In this document: positions 20,547 through 30,572 of the stretch, piece after piece
Layout: each line of letters opens with the position of its first letter
Numbering within the stretch: the first letter of the stretch is position 1
Sequence record: NZ_CP143948.1
Strand: one strand, 5' to 3'
DNA length: 64,000 bases
DNA from: a plasmid
Notes under the pieces: generated by a model
Told to the model about the DNA's origin: nothing
The model's input: the letters and a program-made list of their open reading frames with translations, nothing else
The model's database searches: none
Made by a program: the position numbers and the translations under genes

Positions 20547-20640
20547 ACTTCCTGCTCCTAACTCTATATTTGCTGTCGTCTGTATACACTTTATTTTGGG
20601 GAGAGATTTTTCCCTCCCCAACTAAGTGCTTTAAATACTT

Positions 20641-21924
20641 TTACTGGTTCAAAAGAGCTGTATAAGAAGCTGCATTATCTGTCTTAACCATGTTGATTGC
20701 AAATGCATCGTACTGGCTTGGATTTCCAAGTCTGTTTGTGATATTAGACTCTGTCTGTCCATCACCACCGATGTACTCAACATCAAGATTTAAGAGATCA
20801 TCATACTTCTGTAAGAGTGGCTGATATGTAGAGCTTAAGAAGTTATCTGAAGCATTGTAGATATTCAGCCATACCTTCTTTGTAGGGTGCTTTGCTGAAT
20901 CAAGCTGTGTTGAAACAGGTGCCCATACAACTGTTGAATCTGTGAAATCCTTGTAGTTATCTGCTGTAACTGCTACGTTTAATGCGTAGTAAGATCTCTC
21001 ATCATCCTTGTAAACATATACATCATCGCTTAATACGTTTCCTGCATCATCCTCTGTGCCGATACCTGTATCAATATCTACACCATCGAGTGCGTTTCTA
21101 AGTACACGAAGTGTGAGGTAAGCCTGAACGTCAGCATGCTGGCTGATTGTTCCGCCATAGCCCTCTGCGATAGCTGCTACTGCATCACTGTTGGCATCGT
21201 ATCCGAATGTTGGAACCTTGTTGTCCTTTGACCATGCATTGAACATTGACATTCCCATTCCATCGTTGTTAGAAACAACTACGTCGATTGACTCGCCAAA
21301 TGATGATGACCATGTTCCGATTGCATTTCCTGCTGTAGCTGCATCCCATGTAGCTCCTGCTGAGTTCTTCATCTCCTGTGAAGCAAGCTCTCTTACTACA
21401 TAGTCTTTGCCGTTTACAGTAATCTTGCCGTCCTGAACCTCAGCTGCTTTTCCGTCTGAGTTTGTTCCTGCCGGTGCACTGTCAATCTCGCCGCTCTTGT
21501 CTACGCCTGTTCCAAGAGCCTTACGAACACCTCTTGTTCTTGCAATTGAATCGTTGTGTCCGATATCACCGATTGCAAGTACATATCCGATAACTCCATC
21601 CCCATTTCTGTCGATCGTATCGATGTTCTTCTCGATATACTCTTTTACCATTTCTCCCTGAAGTTCAGCTCCCTGATTAGCATCGAAACCTACATAATAG
21701 GTATCCTTGTTGTAGTTGAGTGCTGTTGTGTCAAGCTCTCCTGTTGAGCTGTTTGATGGCTGACGGTTGAACCACACAAGTGGCTTGTCCTTGTTTGCAA
21801 CATCTGATGTCGTTGTGCTGCTTCCCCCTTTCTGTGTATCAGAAGAACCCCCATCTGATCCACAAGCGGCCATTGACGCTGCCATAGCAGCTACCATCAT
21901 GATTGCAACAAATTTTTTCTTCAT
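20641..21924 (-). CDS. mglB: galactose/glucose-binding lipoprotein (MglB-like)
   Basis: 427 aa with a lipobox (MAASMAACGSD). PBP1 fold with clostridial-type extensions. First gene of the mgl-like operon. Confidence 0.7.
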   Translation of the reverse strand: MKKKFVAIMMVAAMAASMAACGSDGGSSDTQKGGSSTTTSDVANKDKPLVWFNRQPSNSSTGELDTTALNYNKDTYYVGFDANQGAELQGEMVKEYIEKNIDTIDRNGDGVIGYVLAIGDIGHNDSIARTRGVRKALGTGVDKSGEIDSAPAGTNSDGKAAEVQDGKITVNGKDYVVRELASQEMKNSAGATWDAATAGNAIGTWSSSFGESIDVVVSNNDGMGMSMFNAWSKDNKVPTFGYDANSDAVAAIAEGYGGTISQHADVQAYLTLRVLRNALDGVDIDTGIGTEDDAGNVLSDDVYVYKDDERSYYALNVAVTADNYKDFTDSTVVWAPVSTQLDSAKHPTKKVWLNIYNASDNFLSSTYQPLLQKYDDLLNLDVEYIGGDGQTESNITNRLGNPSQYDAFAINMVKTDNAASYTALLNQ

Positions 21925-22025
21925 ATATTTTTGTCCCCCTTTGTTTTGTTGGTAAGGCTAGTATACAAAAATTTTTCGGGAATCACTATAGAATATTTTT
22001 CGATAAACATTAAAAATTTTACTGT

Positions 22026-22046
22026 TTTTCGTCATGTAGACGAAAA
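22026..22046. promoter_or_regulatory. perfect 8-bp inverted repeat TTTTCGTC-n5-GACGAAAA upstream of mglB; candidate operator or weak terminator
   Basis: ttttcgtcatgtagacgaaaa lies between the GntR stop and the mglB start. Nearby TTTTCG repeats. Confidence 0.3.
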
Positions 22047-22088
22047 TTTTCTAGTTTTTATTTTTTCGCTACGTCATATTGTTCAGCT

Positions 22089-22388
22089 TCAACAAAAACG
22101 GGCTTTCCGCTTTGTCCTTATTACTTCCTTTGCTCCGTCACTCACAAACATTCCAATCCCTCTTTTCTTATACAAAATTCCTGCATCCACAAGTATATTT
22201 ATGCCCTTTGCCGCTGTAGACGGATTTATCGCATACAGCTTTGCAAGCTCGTTTGTGCTCGGCACGCGCTCATCCTCCAAAAGCACATCCCGCAGTATGT
22301 CGTTTTCTATCATTTCGCTTATCTGAATATAGATTGATTTCTCCTGATTCAGAATTTCATTCACATGCTCCGCCTCTTTTCTATACAA
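22089..22388 (-). CDS. GntR family (short, YtrA-like) transcriptional regulator
   Basis: 99 aa. Winged HTH (VPSTNELAKLYAINPSTAAKGINILVDAGILYKKRGIGMFV). Confidence 0.7.
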   Translation of the reverse strand: MYRKEAEHVNEILNQEKSIYIQISEMIENDILRDVLLEDERVPSTNELAKLYAINPSTAAKGINILVDAGILYKKRGIGMFVSDGAKEVIRTKRKARFC

Positions 22389-22660
22389 ATAGAAAACGTT
22401 ATACGTATGGCTGTATGTACAGTTTACGTTTGGTATATGGTTAAGTATGCTGTACGTATAAAATACTTAGAACCAGTTGTCAGTGATTGAATGAATTACG
22501 GGTACAAAAAAGCACCATTTATAGGTGCTGAAAATAAAGAAAACTATAAGCAATACTTATTGTAGCATGTGTAAATTTACACTTCAATCACAGAGATGTG
22601 CCAATATTATGTCATAGCATAATAAAAGGGATTAGATGAACACTATCTAATCCCTAAAGG

Positions 22661-23041
22661 TTATGGTGTAACGATATTTAGTTTCTCTATTGCAACTTCA
22701 GTGTCAAGTACATTATTCTCAAAGAAATAGAAAGTAATTTCTTGACCAGCCTCTAAATATGTAATGTCGAGAGATGATTTGTTGCAATTTAATGTAATAT
22801 TGGTACCATCAAAAAAATTATTTTTTTGACTGATATCAACACAGATTTTTTTTTGAGAGTTATCTATGGATGTGATGATACCGTTTGAATGGAACCAATG
22901 AGTATTATCATCTCCGGAAATAGCATTTTCTTCCATAATAGAATCTCCTTTCATGGAACCATTTTTATGTATGAATATCACAACAATTCCGCTTAATATT
23001 AATACAAATATTAGAATAAGTAGTCGCTTTTTTTTATCCAT
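22661..23041 (-). CDS. hypothetical membrane-anchored protein
   Basis: Start at MDKKKRLLILIFVL (GAGGT RBS). One TM segment plus a ~100-aa extracytoplasmic domain. Confidence 0.5.
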   Translation of the reverse strand: MDKKKRLLILIFVLILSGIVVIFIHKNGSMKGDSIMEENAISGDDNTHWFHSNGIITSIDNSQKKICVDISQKNNFFDGTNITLNCNKSSLDITYLEAGQEITFYFFENNVLDTEVAIEKLNIVTP

Positions 23042-23086
23042 TAAAAGTTGTACCTCGCAAATCAGTCCAGTTTCCAAAATCTAAAT

Positions 23087-23233
23087 TTATCGTAGTAGTG
23101 CATCTCCTAAATACCCCAGACCACGTTGGATATTTGCTCCTGCTCTATCGATAGCACCCGCTATAATAATTGCGGCAACTATAATTGCAGTCGCTATAAT
23201 AATTTTACCTATTAGATGTTGATATTCTTTCAT
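23087..23233 (-). CDS. small hydrophobic protein (48 aa)
   Basis: MKEYQHLIGKIIIATAIIVAAIIIAGAIDRAGANIQRGLGYLGDALLR with an AAAGGAGA RBS. The longer track ORF (start 23305) would include the conserved upstream motif. Confidence 0.5.
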   Translation of the reverse strand: MKEYQHLIGKIIIATAIIVAAIIIAGAIDRAGANIQRGLGYLGDALLR

Positions 23234-23250
23234 AGTTATGTCTCCTTTCA

Positions 23251-23278
23251 AATTCATATTTTCCAGCTCGACAAGCTG
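23251..23278 (-). promoter_or_regulatory. conserved 28-bp upstream motif, copy 1 (contains palindrome CAGCTtgtcgAGCTG)
   Basis: aattcatattttccagctcgacaagctg. Identical except for 1 nt to the copy at 24325-24352. Both lie 30-50 nt upstream of a minus-strand start. Confidence 0.55.
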
Positions 23279-23338
23279 GGATTTATCCCTCGCTTTGTTT
23301 GTCACCTCTCCATTAATAATTCAATATGCGACCACACA

Positions 23339-24286
23339 TTATTTCTCAACACGAGCGTACAGCCTGACAAATCCATCATCCTGCATTACTTCAAAGACAA
23401 TCTCATCACCGTACTCAATGTGGGAATATCCACCATCTGAATAACTGTAATATGTATTTTCTCCGCCGGTAAAGCTCAAATAGTACCCAGTGCTTGCGGG
23501 ATGGGTACAGACGCTGGCCACCACCCGCCCTCTGTTTATAAACACAACATGGTTCATACCCTCGCTGACACTTTCTTTCAAAGCGGGGCTTTTCGAACCG
23601 ACCACTCGCTCAATGCGTTCCTTTGAGGTATAGGGATCAAAGGTATATACAGTGGTCCATTCAAAGGGGACAATCTCCTCCAAAGTGATGCTGTCACATT
23701 CCAAAGCGGTTAGTGTTTTTTCCAGTTTGGCGTTATTGAAATAAATCCTCGGATCTCCGAAAATGAGATAAAGAGCAAACAACACCCCGGCAATTCCGAG
23801 AATTATACCGTGCCACAAATTTGAGCGTTTCCACGCTTTCTCGTCTTCTGCACTTAAAATCCCTGTACCCCACTCACCGTTTTTCATGCGCAGCCGTTTA
23901 TGCTTTGAAACATACCAACTGAACCAGATAGCATATCCCACTGCAATCAGCAGAAGTCCCATCAGGGTGGCTCTGAGTAGCGTTGTTACGGAACAGACCG
24001 AAGCCAAAAGGCCCGCCAAAAGAATCAAAAGAATCGGGACATCTGCTGCAATGTATGCGAATTTGCCAAACAGGTCACGGTACAAGACCTTTCCCTGCTG
24101 TGCCTGCCTTATATCCTCATCATAGGCTTCCTGGGAAAACGCTGTAACTATGGCTTTAACGGTCAGGTATCCGATCAATATGATCCAAAACATATCCACC
24201 AGCCCGTCAAAAGTCATCACTTTCATAACAACAAATGTGCAACCCAGCAACGATGCCAGCAATGTTTTCGGACTGACTAATTTCAT
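23339..24286 (-). CDS. hypothetical integral membrane protein with a C-terminal soluble domain
   Basis: 315 aa. N-terminal multi-TM region. GGAGGGGG RBS. Preceded by motif copy 2. Confidence 0.55.
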   Translation of the reverse strand: MKLVSPKTLLASLLGCTFVVMKVMTFDGLVDMFWIILIGYLTVKAIVTAFSQEAYDEDIRQAQQGKVLYRDLFGKFAYIAADVPILLILLAGLLASVCSVTTLLRATLMGLLLIAVGYAIWFSWYVSKHKRLRMKNGEWGTGILSAEDEKAWKRSNLWHGIILGIAGVLFALYLIFGDPRIYFNNAKLEKTLTALECDSITLEEIVPFEWTTVYTFDPYTSKERIERVVGSKSPALKESVSEGMNHVVFINRGRVVASVCTHPASTGYYLSFTGGENTYYSYSDGGYSHIEYGDEIVFEVMQDDGFVRLYARVEK

Positions 24287-24324
24287 GAGAACACCCCCTC
24301 CACAGATTTCGTTCCGCTATCATA

Positions 24325-24352
24325 AATTCAAATTTTCCAGCTCGACAAGCTG
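24325..24352 (-). promoter_or_regulatory. conserved 28-bp upstream motif, copy 2
   Basis: aattcaaattttccagctcgacaagctg. Confidence 0.55.
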
Positions 24353-24361
24353 AAATTTTTG

Positions 24362-24769
24362 TTATTCTACGATACCTTCAATATAGCTGTAATCAATATT
24401 TCCCTTTGTAACAGAATAGAAAAATGGATCTTTTCTAATTGTATCATCTGAATTGATAATAAAATTATTCCAATCGCCTGCCTCGTTGCCATCAGACAAA
24501 TAAATAGTAACTTTGAAACTATATCCCATATATCCCAAAGATAGCTTTGACCGCTTTACTTCGACGCCATTCAAATTTTCGACAATATGCTGAATCTGCT
24601 CTTTGTCGGTAATATGTGTTGCGTTTCCGCTATTGCCATTGAAAACAACTATTTCCATGACCTCATTAGGGTCTAAGTCCATCAAGTCGAGTGGAATATT
24701 AAACCATACAACAATGCCCATCAAAAGAATTATCACAACAGACAGCAATATGATGATTTTCTTTTTCAT
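24362..24769 (-). CDS. hypothetical membrane-anchored protein
   Basis: 135 aa. N-terminal TM segment (IIILLSVVIILLMGIVVWF) and a small extracytoplasmic domain. Confidence 0.5.
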   Translation of the reverse strand: MKKKIIILLSVVIILLMGIVVWFNIPLDLMDLDPNEVMEIVVFNGNSGNATHITDKEQIQHIVENLNGVEVKRSKLSLGYMGYSFKVTIYLSDGNEAGDWNNFIINSDDTIRKDPFFYSVTKGNIDYSYIEGIVE

Positions 24770-25048
24770 ATCAGCTCACCTCCTAGTCAACTTTCGATTG
24801 AACAAAATCGCTGCGCGATGGCCTGCCAAGGCTGTGGCGCAGTTTTATTTTTATTAAAAAGCAGTGGAATTACTTTCCATAATCCGTTATTGTTAAGTTA
24901 CCACACGAAACAACTGAACTAAGAAAGCTCCACTGCCTATGATAAGAATAACATTTTTCAGTCTCTTCCGCAATCGGAATTATGACGCTAATGCACCTCC
25001 GAATAGGTAGATATAATTATTAACACTACTTATTCTGGAGGTTTTATT

Positions 25049-25897
25049 ATGTATAAAGATATTTTTGAATCCATCCGCAATGAAGCGGAAAAACGTAACC
25101 TTCGTGAAAGAACTATTCAACTGTATTGCTCTGATGTCAGTTACTTCCTTCGTTGGATTGGAAAAAATGTTTCTGATCTTACACTTGAAGATGCGGAAAG
25201 TTTTCTTACTGCCAAACGTCTGGAAGGAAGGTCTCCTGAAACTCACAATCACTATCGGTCTGCAATAAAGTTCTTATATAAAAAGGTGCTGAATACTGTC
25301 TGGGATGATGACACTGTTCCGGCTATGAAAAGAGAGCGAAATCTTCCTGCCGTTCTATCCCGCGATGAAATAAATGCAATCATTGACGCCACTCCGAATC
25401 TGAAGCATAAAGCGATTATTGCAACTATGTATTCTTCTGGATTACGTGTATCAGAGGTTGTTCATCTTCATTATGATGACATTTCACGTACCAACATGAC
25501 AATTCATGTTCGTGAAACCAAAGGCAGAATTGACCGGTATACGATTCTGTCTCAAAAAAATTTAGACCTTCTCACAGAGTATTGGTTCAAATGTGGTCGC
25601 CCTAAAGATATCCTTTTCCCAAGTTCCTGGTCCGGTGGATATCTTGATATAGCCAGTGTTAACCAGTTCTTTAAGAAAAGTGCTAAACTCGCCGGCATTA
25701 ACCGTCATGTTTCCTCTCATGCGTGCCGTCATAGTTTTGCCAGCCACTTATTCGAAAGCGGCACAGATATAAAATATATCCAGTCACTTCTGGGACATGT
25801 TGATCCTCGCTCTACAGATGTTTACCTTCATGTGAGCAACAAGACACTTCTTGGGATCCGCAGCCCATTCGACAACCCGGAAGGTGGTGAATCATGA
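25049..25897 (+). CDS. tyrosine recombinase (XerD-like phage-integrase family) associated with the IS91 transposase
   Basis: C-terminal catalytic motifs HACRHSFASHLFESGTDIKYIQSLLGHVDPRSTDVYLHVS. Overlaps the downstream transposase by 4 nt. Confidence 0.75.
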   Translation: MYKDIFESIRNEAEKRNLRERTIQLYCSDVSYFLRWIGKNVSDLTLEDAESFLTAKRLEGRSPETHNHYRSAIKFLYKKVLNTVWDDDTVPAMKRERNLPAVLSRDEINAIIDATPNLKHKAIIATMYSSGLRVSEVVHLHYDDISRTNMTIHVRETKGRIDRYTILSQKNLDLLTEYWFKCGRPKDILFPSSWSGGYLDIASVNQFFKKSAKLAGINRHVSSHACRHSFASHLFESGTDIKYIQSLLGHVDPRSTDVYLHVSNKTLLGIRSPFDNPEGGES

Positions 25898-27069
25898 GTA
25901 AGGATTGTACGATTCAGGATGTTTTTCATCGTTTTTATCCATCTTTTGAATCCACACATAGTATTTCTCCCGCTCAGCGAAAGGCCGCTTATCACATCAT
26001 GAATTGCAAAACCGGTGCCTTTGGTGTGAATGTAAGTGTATGCGAGGACTGCGGCTGCATATCAGTCCACTATAACTCCTGCCGTGACAGGTGCTGTCCT
26101 ATGTGTCAGGAGTTTCCAAAAGAAAAATGGGTAGATGCACGGCGGGAGGATATCTTAGATGCTCCTTATTTCCATGTGATTTTTACAGTTCCGGAAGAAC
26201 TCAATCCCATTATCTACAGCAACCAGAAATTCTTATACACTGCTCTTTATCATGCGGCTTCAGATACTCTCAGTGAACTTGCTGCTGATTGTAAATATCT
26301 TGGGACTGATATCGGCTATATTTGTATCCTCCATACATGGGGAAGTACCATGAATTTTCATCCTCATATCCATGCGATTGTTCTTGGTGGAGGGCTGGAT
26401 GTGAAAAATCATTGGAAAGACAATGGGAAAGATTTTTTCCTTCCGATTAAGGTAATCTCAAAAACGTTTCGTGGAAAATACATGGCTGAACTTAAGCAGC
26501 TCTGGGAAAATGACAGGCTTGAATTTCATGGATCGGCTGCACCTTACAAAAACCACTATACTTTCAAGGAATTGTTAAATACCTGCTATACAAAGGAATG
26601 GATTCCTTATTGCAAGAAACCATTTGACGGTGCCGAATCTGTCATCAGATACCTTGGAAAATACACCCACCGGATTGCTATCAGCAACTACCGTATCAAA
26701 GACATGACAGAATCTACAGTTACTTTTTCCGCTAAAGATTACAAAAACCAAGGGCTTTGGAAAGAGATCACCATATCCGGCGAGGAATTTATCCGTCGAT
26801 TTTTAATGCATGTTCCTCCAAAACGTTTTGTACGTATCAGGCACTATGGTCTTCTTTCATCCAGAAATAAGAAGAAAAAGATTACCCTATGCAGAAACAT
26901 CCTTGGTTGCAAAAAATATATTTCCAAGCTGAAAGATATGGATGCACCTGCCATTATCCGTCTTCTTTATAATAAAGATATATGCAAGTGCTCTTCCTGT
27001 GGTGGTAAGATTATTCCTCTGCCTACAGAACAACATTTTATAAAACCAAAACCACATATGCTCTGTTAA
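25894..27069 (+). CDS. IS91 family transposase (rolling-circle HUH/Y2)
   Basis: N-terminal Cys-rich zinc-binding region, HPHIHAIV HUH motif, tyrosine-containing RYLGKYTHRIAISNYR. Confidence 0.8.
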   Translation: MSKDCTIQDVFHRFYPSFESTHSISPAQRKAAYHIMNCKTGAFGVNVSVCEDCGCISVHYNSCRDRCCPMCQEFPKEKWVDARREDILDAPYFHVIFTVPEELNPIIYSNQKFLYTALYHAASDTLSELAADCKYLGTDIGYICILHTWGSTMNFHPHIHAIVLGGGLDVKNHWKDNGKDFFLPIKVISKTFRGKYMAELKQLWENDRLEFHGSAAPYKNHYTFKELLNTCYTKEWIPYCKKPFDGAESVIRYLGKYTHRIAISNYRIKDMTESTVTFSAKDYKNQGLWKEITISGEEFIRRFLMHVPPKRFVRIRHYGLLSSRNKKKKITLCRNILGCKKYISKLKDMDAPAIIRLLYNKDICKCSSCGGKIIPLPTEQHFIKPKPHMLC

Positions 27070-27336
27070 CGTATCATAACTGTATATTTTTTTTAGCTTC
27101 CTTAGGGAGGCTTATTTCTGGTGCCATAATACAGGACTGAATTATAAATTCTATGTATTTCTATGTGTACACGCTATCCTATTATAAATAGAGTGTCAGA
27201 ATTAAAAGTCCATATAGAGTTGACGCGCTTTGTTCAACCAGAAAAAATCGAAATTGATGCAAACGAGAGGGCAGTTAATGAAAAGTCTCAATACTGCTTT
27301 TTCGTTTGCACCACCTTCGATTCTTTCCTTAACGAT

Positions 27337-27549
27337 TTATCTATTTTCATAATCAATCAAAATCTTCTTACAACTACTACAACGATAAGCTTCACAATGA
27401 GGGATTCCTTCTGACCCTTTACTCAATTCCAGATCGTCCGATTTTTTAATACGAAAAGCTTTTATCGGATTATCAACTGCAAAAGTAATGTCTAGTGAAC
27501 TCATTAGGTATCCTCTTATCATTTCATCACCACAATATGGACATTTCAT
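27337..27549 (-). CDS. small zinc-ribbon protein
   Basis: 70 aa. CPYCG...CSSCKK metal-binding pairs. Confidence 0.45.
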   Translation of the reverse strand: MKCPYCGDEMIRGYLMSSLDITFAVDNPIKAFRIKKSDDLELSKGSEGIPHCEAYRCSSCKKILIDYENR

Positions 27550-27703
27550 GCAGATTCACCTCCTATAAATTCTGATTTATATAATTATCTCTCTAACTTT
27601 CCCCATTTTATAGGCTTTCCCGCCTGTCCATTAGTGAAATGATATGTAGTTTCCCTTATTTTTGCCCTTATGAGATAATCACAAGGGAAATAAGGGAAAT
27701 TTT

Positions 27704-29029
27704 TTAGTCATTGCCCACCACTTTATCAAGAAGCCGAACTGATTTTCGTTTCGCATCTCTTGTGGAGTGAGCATAGACGTTCATTGTGGTACTGACATCT
27801 GAGTGTCCCAACAATTCCTGCACATCTTTTGGGGCAGCTCCATTTGCTAAAAGGTTGCTTGTATAGGTGTGACGTAACTGGTGGAAATGAAAGCCTTCAA
27901 ATCCCTCTAATGTTTTTGCCACCTTTCTGCAAACAGTCCCCAAAGTAGTTGGAAGTTCCAAACAACCATCCGGTCTTAAACAGACGAAAGAAATTTCTTT
28001 ATAATCTGTCGGGACTTCCTCTGTTCTGTCTAAGCAATAATATTCGTAGTACACTCTGTTTTTCTCTTTGACCGCTTTGTAGTAGTTCGTGTGATAAAGT
28101 TCTCCGTACTGCATTCGATTTTTTAACTGCTCTTTCCGGGCATTACGGAAAATCTCTACCAGCGTATCTCCAAAATCAACAATCCTCACTTTTTTCCGCT
28201 TGGTTGGTCCGATGATATATTTGCGCTTTGAGCCATCGTATCGGATGCTGCGTCTTATGGTAAGGCATTGTTCTTCCAGATTTACGTCCTGCCACGCCAA
28301 ACCGCAGGCTTCTCCAATACGAAGCCCGGCATAATAGGCTATCTGGATTGGAAGTATTGCGGCTGGGTTCTTTTTTTGCAGATAAGCAAGCAGTCTTTCA
28401 TAATCTTCTCGTGAAATTGGTTGGACATTTCCGTCCATATCCTCATCGGAAAACAAATCCACTTCATCCGTCTGATACCGCAGTTTAATATACTGCATGG
28501 GATTGAACGTAATATACTGCTTTGGAAATACTGCAAAACGGAAGGACTGCTGCATGACTGCGGAAAAAGAATGGATATAATCTTTGCTGTAACCCTTTCT
28601 CTCTTTTCCGTCGGGATGAACTCCCCCGAAGGAAAGCAAATCGAAGAAGGATTGCAAATGTTCAGAGGTTACATTTTTCAGTTTCCGTTCTGCCAATGGG
28701 TGTTTCTTGATATTTCGGATTGTTCCGAGGTAATTCTCCACCGTACCATTGCTGAGCGTACCTGTTTTTAATTCCTCCTCTGCCCACACATCCAAAAGCT
28801 GTCCGACTGTGAGATTTTCCGCTTTGGCAACAAATTTCTTTTTCTCATAATCATCCATTGCCTGACGGAGCAGCTTTTCAGTTTCACTTTTGCTTTCTGT
28901 TCCAACGCATTCTTTCTGAACAAGATTGCCGCTTGCGTCCTCTACATAGAAGCGGTAGTACCATTTCTTTCCTTTTTTTCTTACAGATCCTTTTGCCATA
29001 ATCGTATGTCTCCTTTCGATATTAGACAA
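27704..29029 (-). CDS. int: site-specific tyrosine integrase (Tn916/ICE-type Int with N-terminal DNA-binding domain)
   Basis: 441 aa. C-terminal HQLRHTYTSNLLANGAAPKDVQELLGHSDVSTTMNVYAH catalytic region. Confidence 0.85.
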   Translation of the reverse strand: MSNIERRHTIMAKGSVRKKGKKWYYRFYVEDASGNLVQKECVGTESKSETEKLLRQAMDDYEKKKFVAKAENLTVGQLLDVWAEEELKTGTLSNGTVENYLGTIRNIKKHPLAERKLKNVTSEHLQSFFDLLSFGGVHPDGKERKGYSKDYIHSFSAVMQQSFRFAVFPKQYITFNPMQYIKLRYQTDEVDLFSDEDMDGNVQPISREDYERLLAYLQKKNPAAILPIQIAYYAGLRIGEACGLAWQDVNLEEQCLTIRRSIRYDGSKRKYIIGPTKRKKVRIVDFGDTLVEIFRNARKEQLKNRMQYGELYHTNYYKAVKEKNRVYYEYYCLDRTEEVPTDYKEISFVCLRPDGCLELPTTLGTVCRKVAKTLEGFEGFHFHQLRHTYTSNLLANGAAPKDVQELLGHSDVSTTMNVYAHSTRDAKRKSVRLLDKVVGND

Positions 29030-29085
29030 TCGGAACTGATGAAATGCTTCGTGCGTGTAAGTATATCATAACTCCGGTTGTCTTA

Positions 29086-29715
29086 CTATACCGATTCGGA
29101 ATCTTCGTATAAGACTTCTGATAAAAGATTTGCAAGCCTTTGTTCTGCTGTTTTTGGTTTCTTGGAATAGAGCCTTACAACGTCTGCCATCTCATTAAAA
29201 GCATTGATGGTGTGAGTGATTTCCCTTAAGAACATAATCTCATTATATTCCTCATTCGATTCAAACCCTATTGTTTTGGCAATATCCGTCTGACCAGCAT
29301 TTCCCTTGAAGTTTTTGCAGGCGAACTGGAAGGAATCCAAAAACAGACCATATTGTTTTAACATCAGCAGTAATAAATCTTTTGAAAAAGCATCTTCTTC
29401 TTTGGTAAGGGCAAGCGGTAACTGTTCCAGAATATCTCCCATCGCATCACGAATCTGTAATTCTCTCTTATCCGTAATGTCGGTTTCATATTCATCTGTT
29501 TCCCCTTTGAGCCATTCCACAGATACATGGAGTGCTTCCGAAAGACCTTCCAGCACCATTTTTTTCGTATTGTCAATCGAACCATTCTCATAACGCAGGA
29601 TTGTAGAAGCGGTAACTCCCATCTTCTCTGCGACATAAGGCTGTGTCAGATTCAATTCCAGACGGCGCTGTTTTATTCTGCTGCCTATCAGCTTGCGTAA
29701 TTCTTTATCTTTCAT
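29086..29715 (-). CDS. XRE-family HTH transcriptional regulator
   Basis: HTH LNLTQPYVAEKMGVTASTILRYENG. Start placed at MKDKELRK. The track ORF starts at 29802. Confidence 0.7.
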   Translation of the reverse strand: MKDKELRKLIGSRIKQRRLELNLTQPYVAEKMGVTASTILRYENGSIDNTKKMVLEGLSEALHVSVEWLKGETDEYETDITDKRELQIRDAMGDILEQLPLALTKEEDAFSKDLLLLMLKQYGLFLDSFQFACKNFKGNAGQTDIAKTIGFESNEEYNEIMFLREITHTINAFNEMADVVRLYSKKPKTAEQRLANLLSEVLYEDSESV

Positions 29716-29886
29716 GCTGACTGCCTCCTTTTTCGGTATGTATGAATTATAGCATTGTTTTTCCGAAATTGCAATATGCAATGCAATATTTATTTTTAAC
29801 ATTTCGTAACGCTTGACAAAAAGATGTGAAAAGGATATACTTACATCACAGGAATTGCATAATGCAATTTATAAGGAGGTGATTAT

Positions 29887-30117
29887 ATGACGCAAAGAAA
29901 AATTGCATTATCCATCGAAGAAGCTGCCGACTATACGGGAATCGGCAGAAACACCTTAAGACAGCTTGTAGAATGGAAGAAACTTCCGGTATTAAAGGTT
30001 GGTCGTAAAGTCCTGATTAAAACCGATATTCTGGAAATGTTTATGGAAGCGAATGAAGGTCGTGATTTGAGGGATAGAGGAAATGTAAAAGCCGTAACAA
30101 GAACTGCGGCAAATTAA
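29887..30117 (+). CDS. xis: excisionase/helix-turn-helix DNA-binding protein (Xis-like)
   Basis: 76 aa. IEEAADYTGIGRNTLRQLV HTH. AAGGAGGTG RBS. Confidence 0.65.
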   Translation: MTQRKIALSIEEAADYTGIGRNTLRQLVEWKKLPVLKVGRKVLIKTDILEMFMEANEGRDLRDRGNVKAVTRTAAN

Positions 30118-30257
30118 AAAGGCGGCTTCCCAAGAAACCGCCAAAGGTTCTATCAGACCGAAGCCATGATATACCTACACGCAAGAAGATTATACCATGT
30201 GCTTCTTCTGATACGCAACCAAGAACTTATGTTTGTGAAGGAAAGGAGAATGTAAGA

Positions 30258-30572
30258 ATGGCAAAATCAACAAAAAGTTATGAAGCACGAATGCTTGAAA
30301 TGGAAAAGAAAGAGCAGGAAAGCCTTGAAAAGGCGAAACGATATGCGGCACAGAAGAAAGAACTTCTGAAGCGAAAGAAAGCCGAAGAAAGTAAAAAACG
30401 AACCCATAGGCTCTGTCAGATTGGCGGTGCGGTGGAATCCGTTCTCGGTGCGCCTATTGAGGAAGAAGACATCCCAAAGCTGATTGGTTTTCTGAAAAGG
30501 CAGGAAGCCAACGGGAAATTTTTCTCAAAGGCAATGCAGAAAGAAGTCAATACCGATATGGAGGAAGTGTAA
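30258..30572 (+). CDS. DUF3847-like small charged protein, common upstream of Mob relaxases
   Basis: 104 aa, K/E-rich, positioned immediately upstream of the relaxase. Confidence 0.5.
   Translation: MAKSTKSYEARMLEMEKKEQESLEKAKRYAAQKKELLKRKKAEESKKRTHRLCQIGGAVESVLGAPIEEEDIPKLIGFLKRQEANGKFFSKAMQKEVNTDMEEV

Larger units (their letters stand above)
24800..27140 (+). mobile_element. IS91-family element (tyrosine recombinase orf plus Y2/HUH transposase); ends approximate
   Basis: Two overlapping genes, 25049-25897 and 25894-27069. Hairpins lie near both ends (24809-24842 and 27098-27116). Boundaries were not mapped. Confidence 0.55.

Noticed and set aside
27163-27414. 83-aa plus-strand ORF between the IS91 element and the integrase
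   Set aside because: No RBS and an odd composition (TTTTISF). It overlaps the zinc-ribbon gene on the opposite strand. Probably non-coding.
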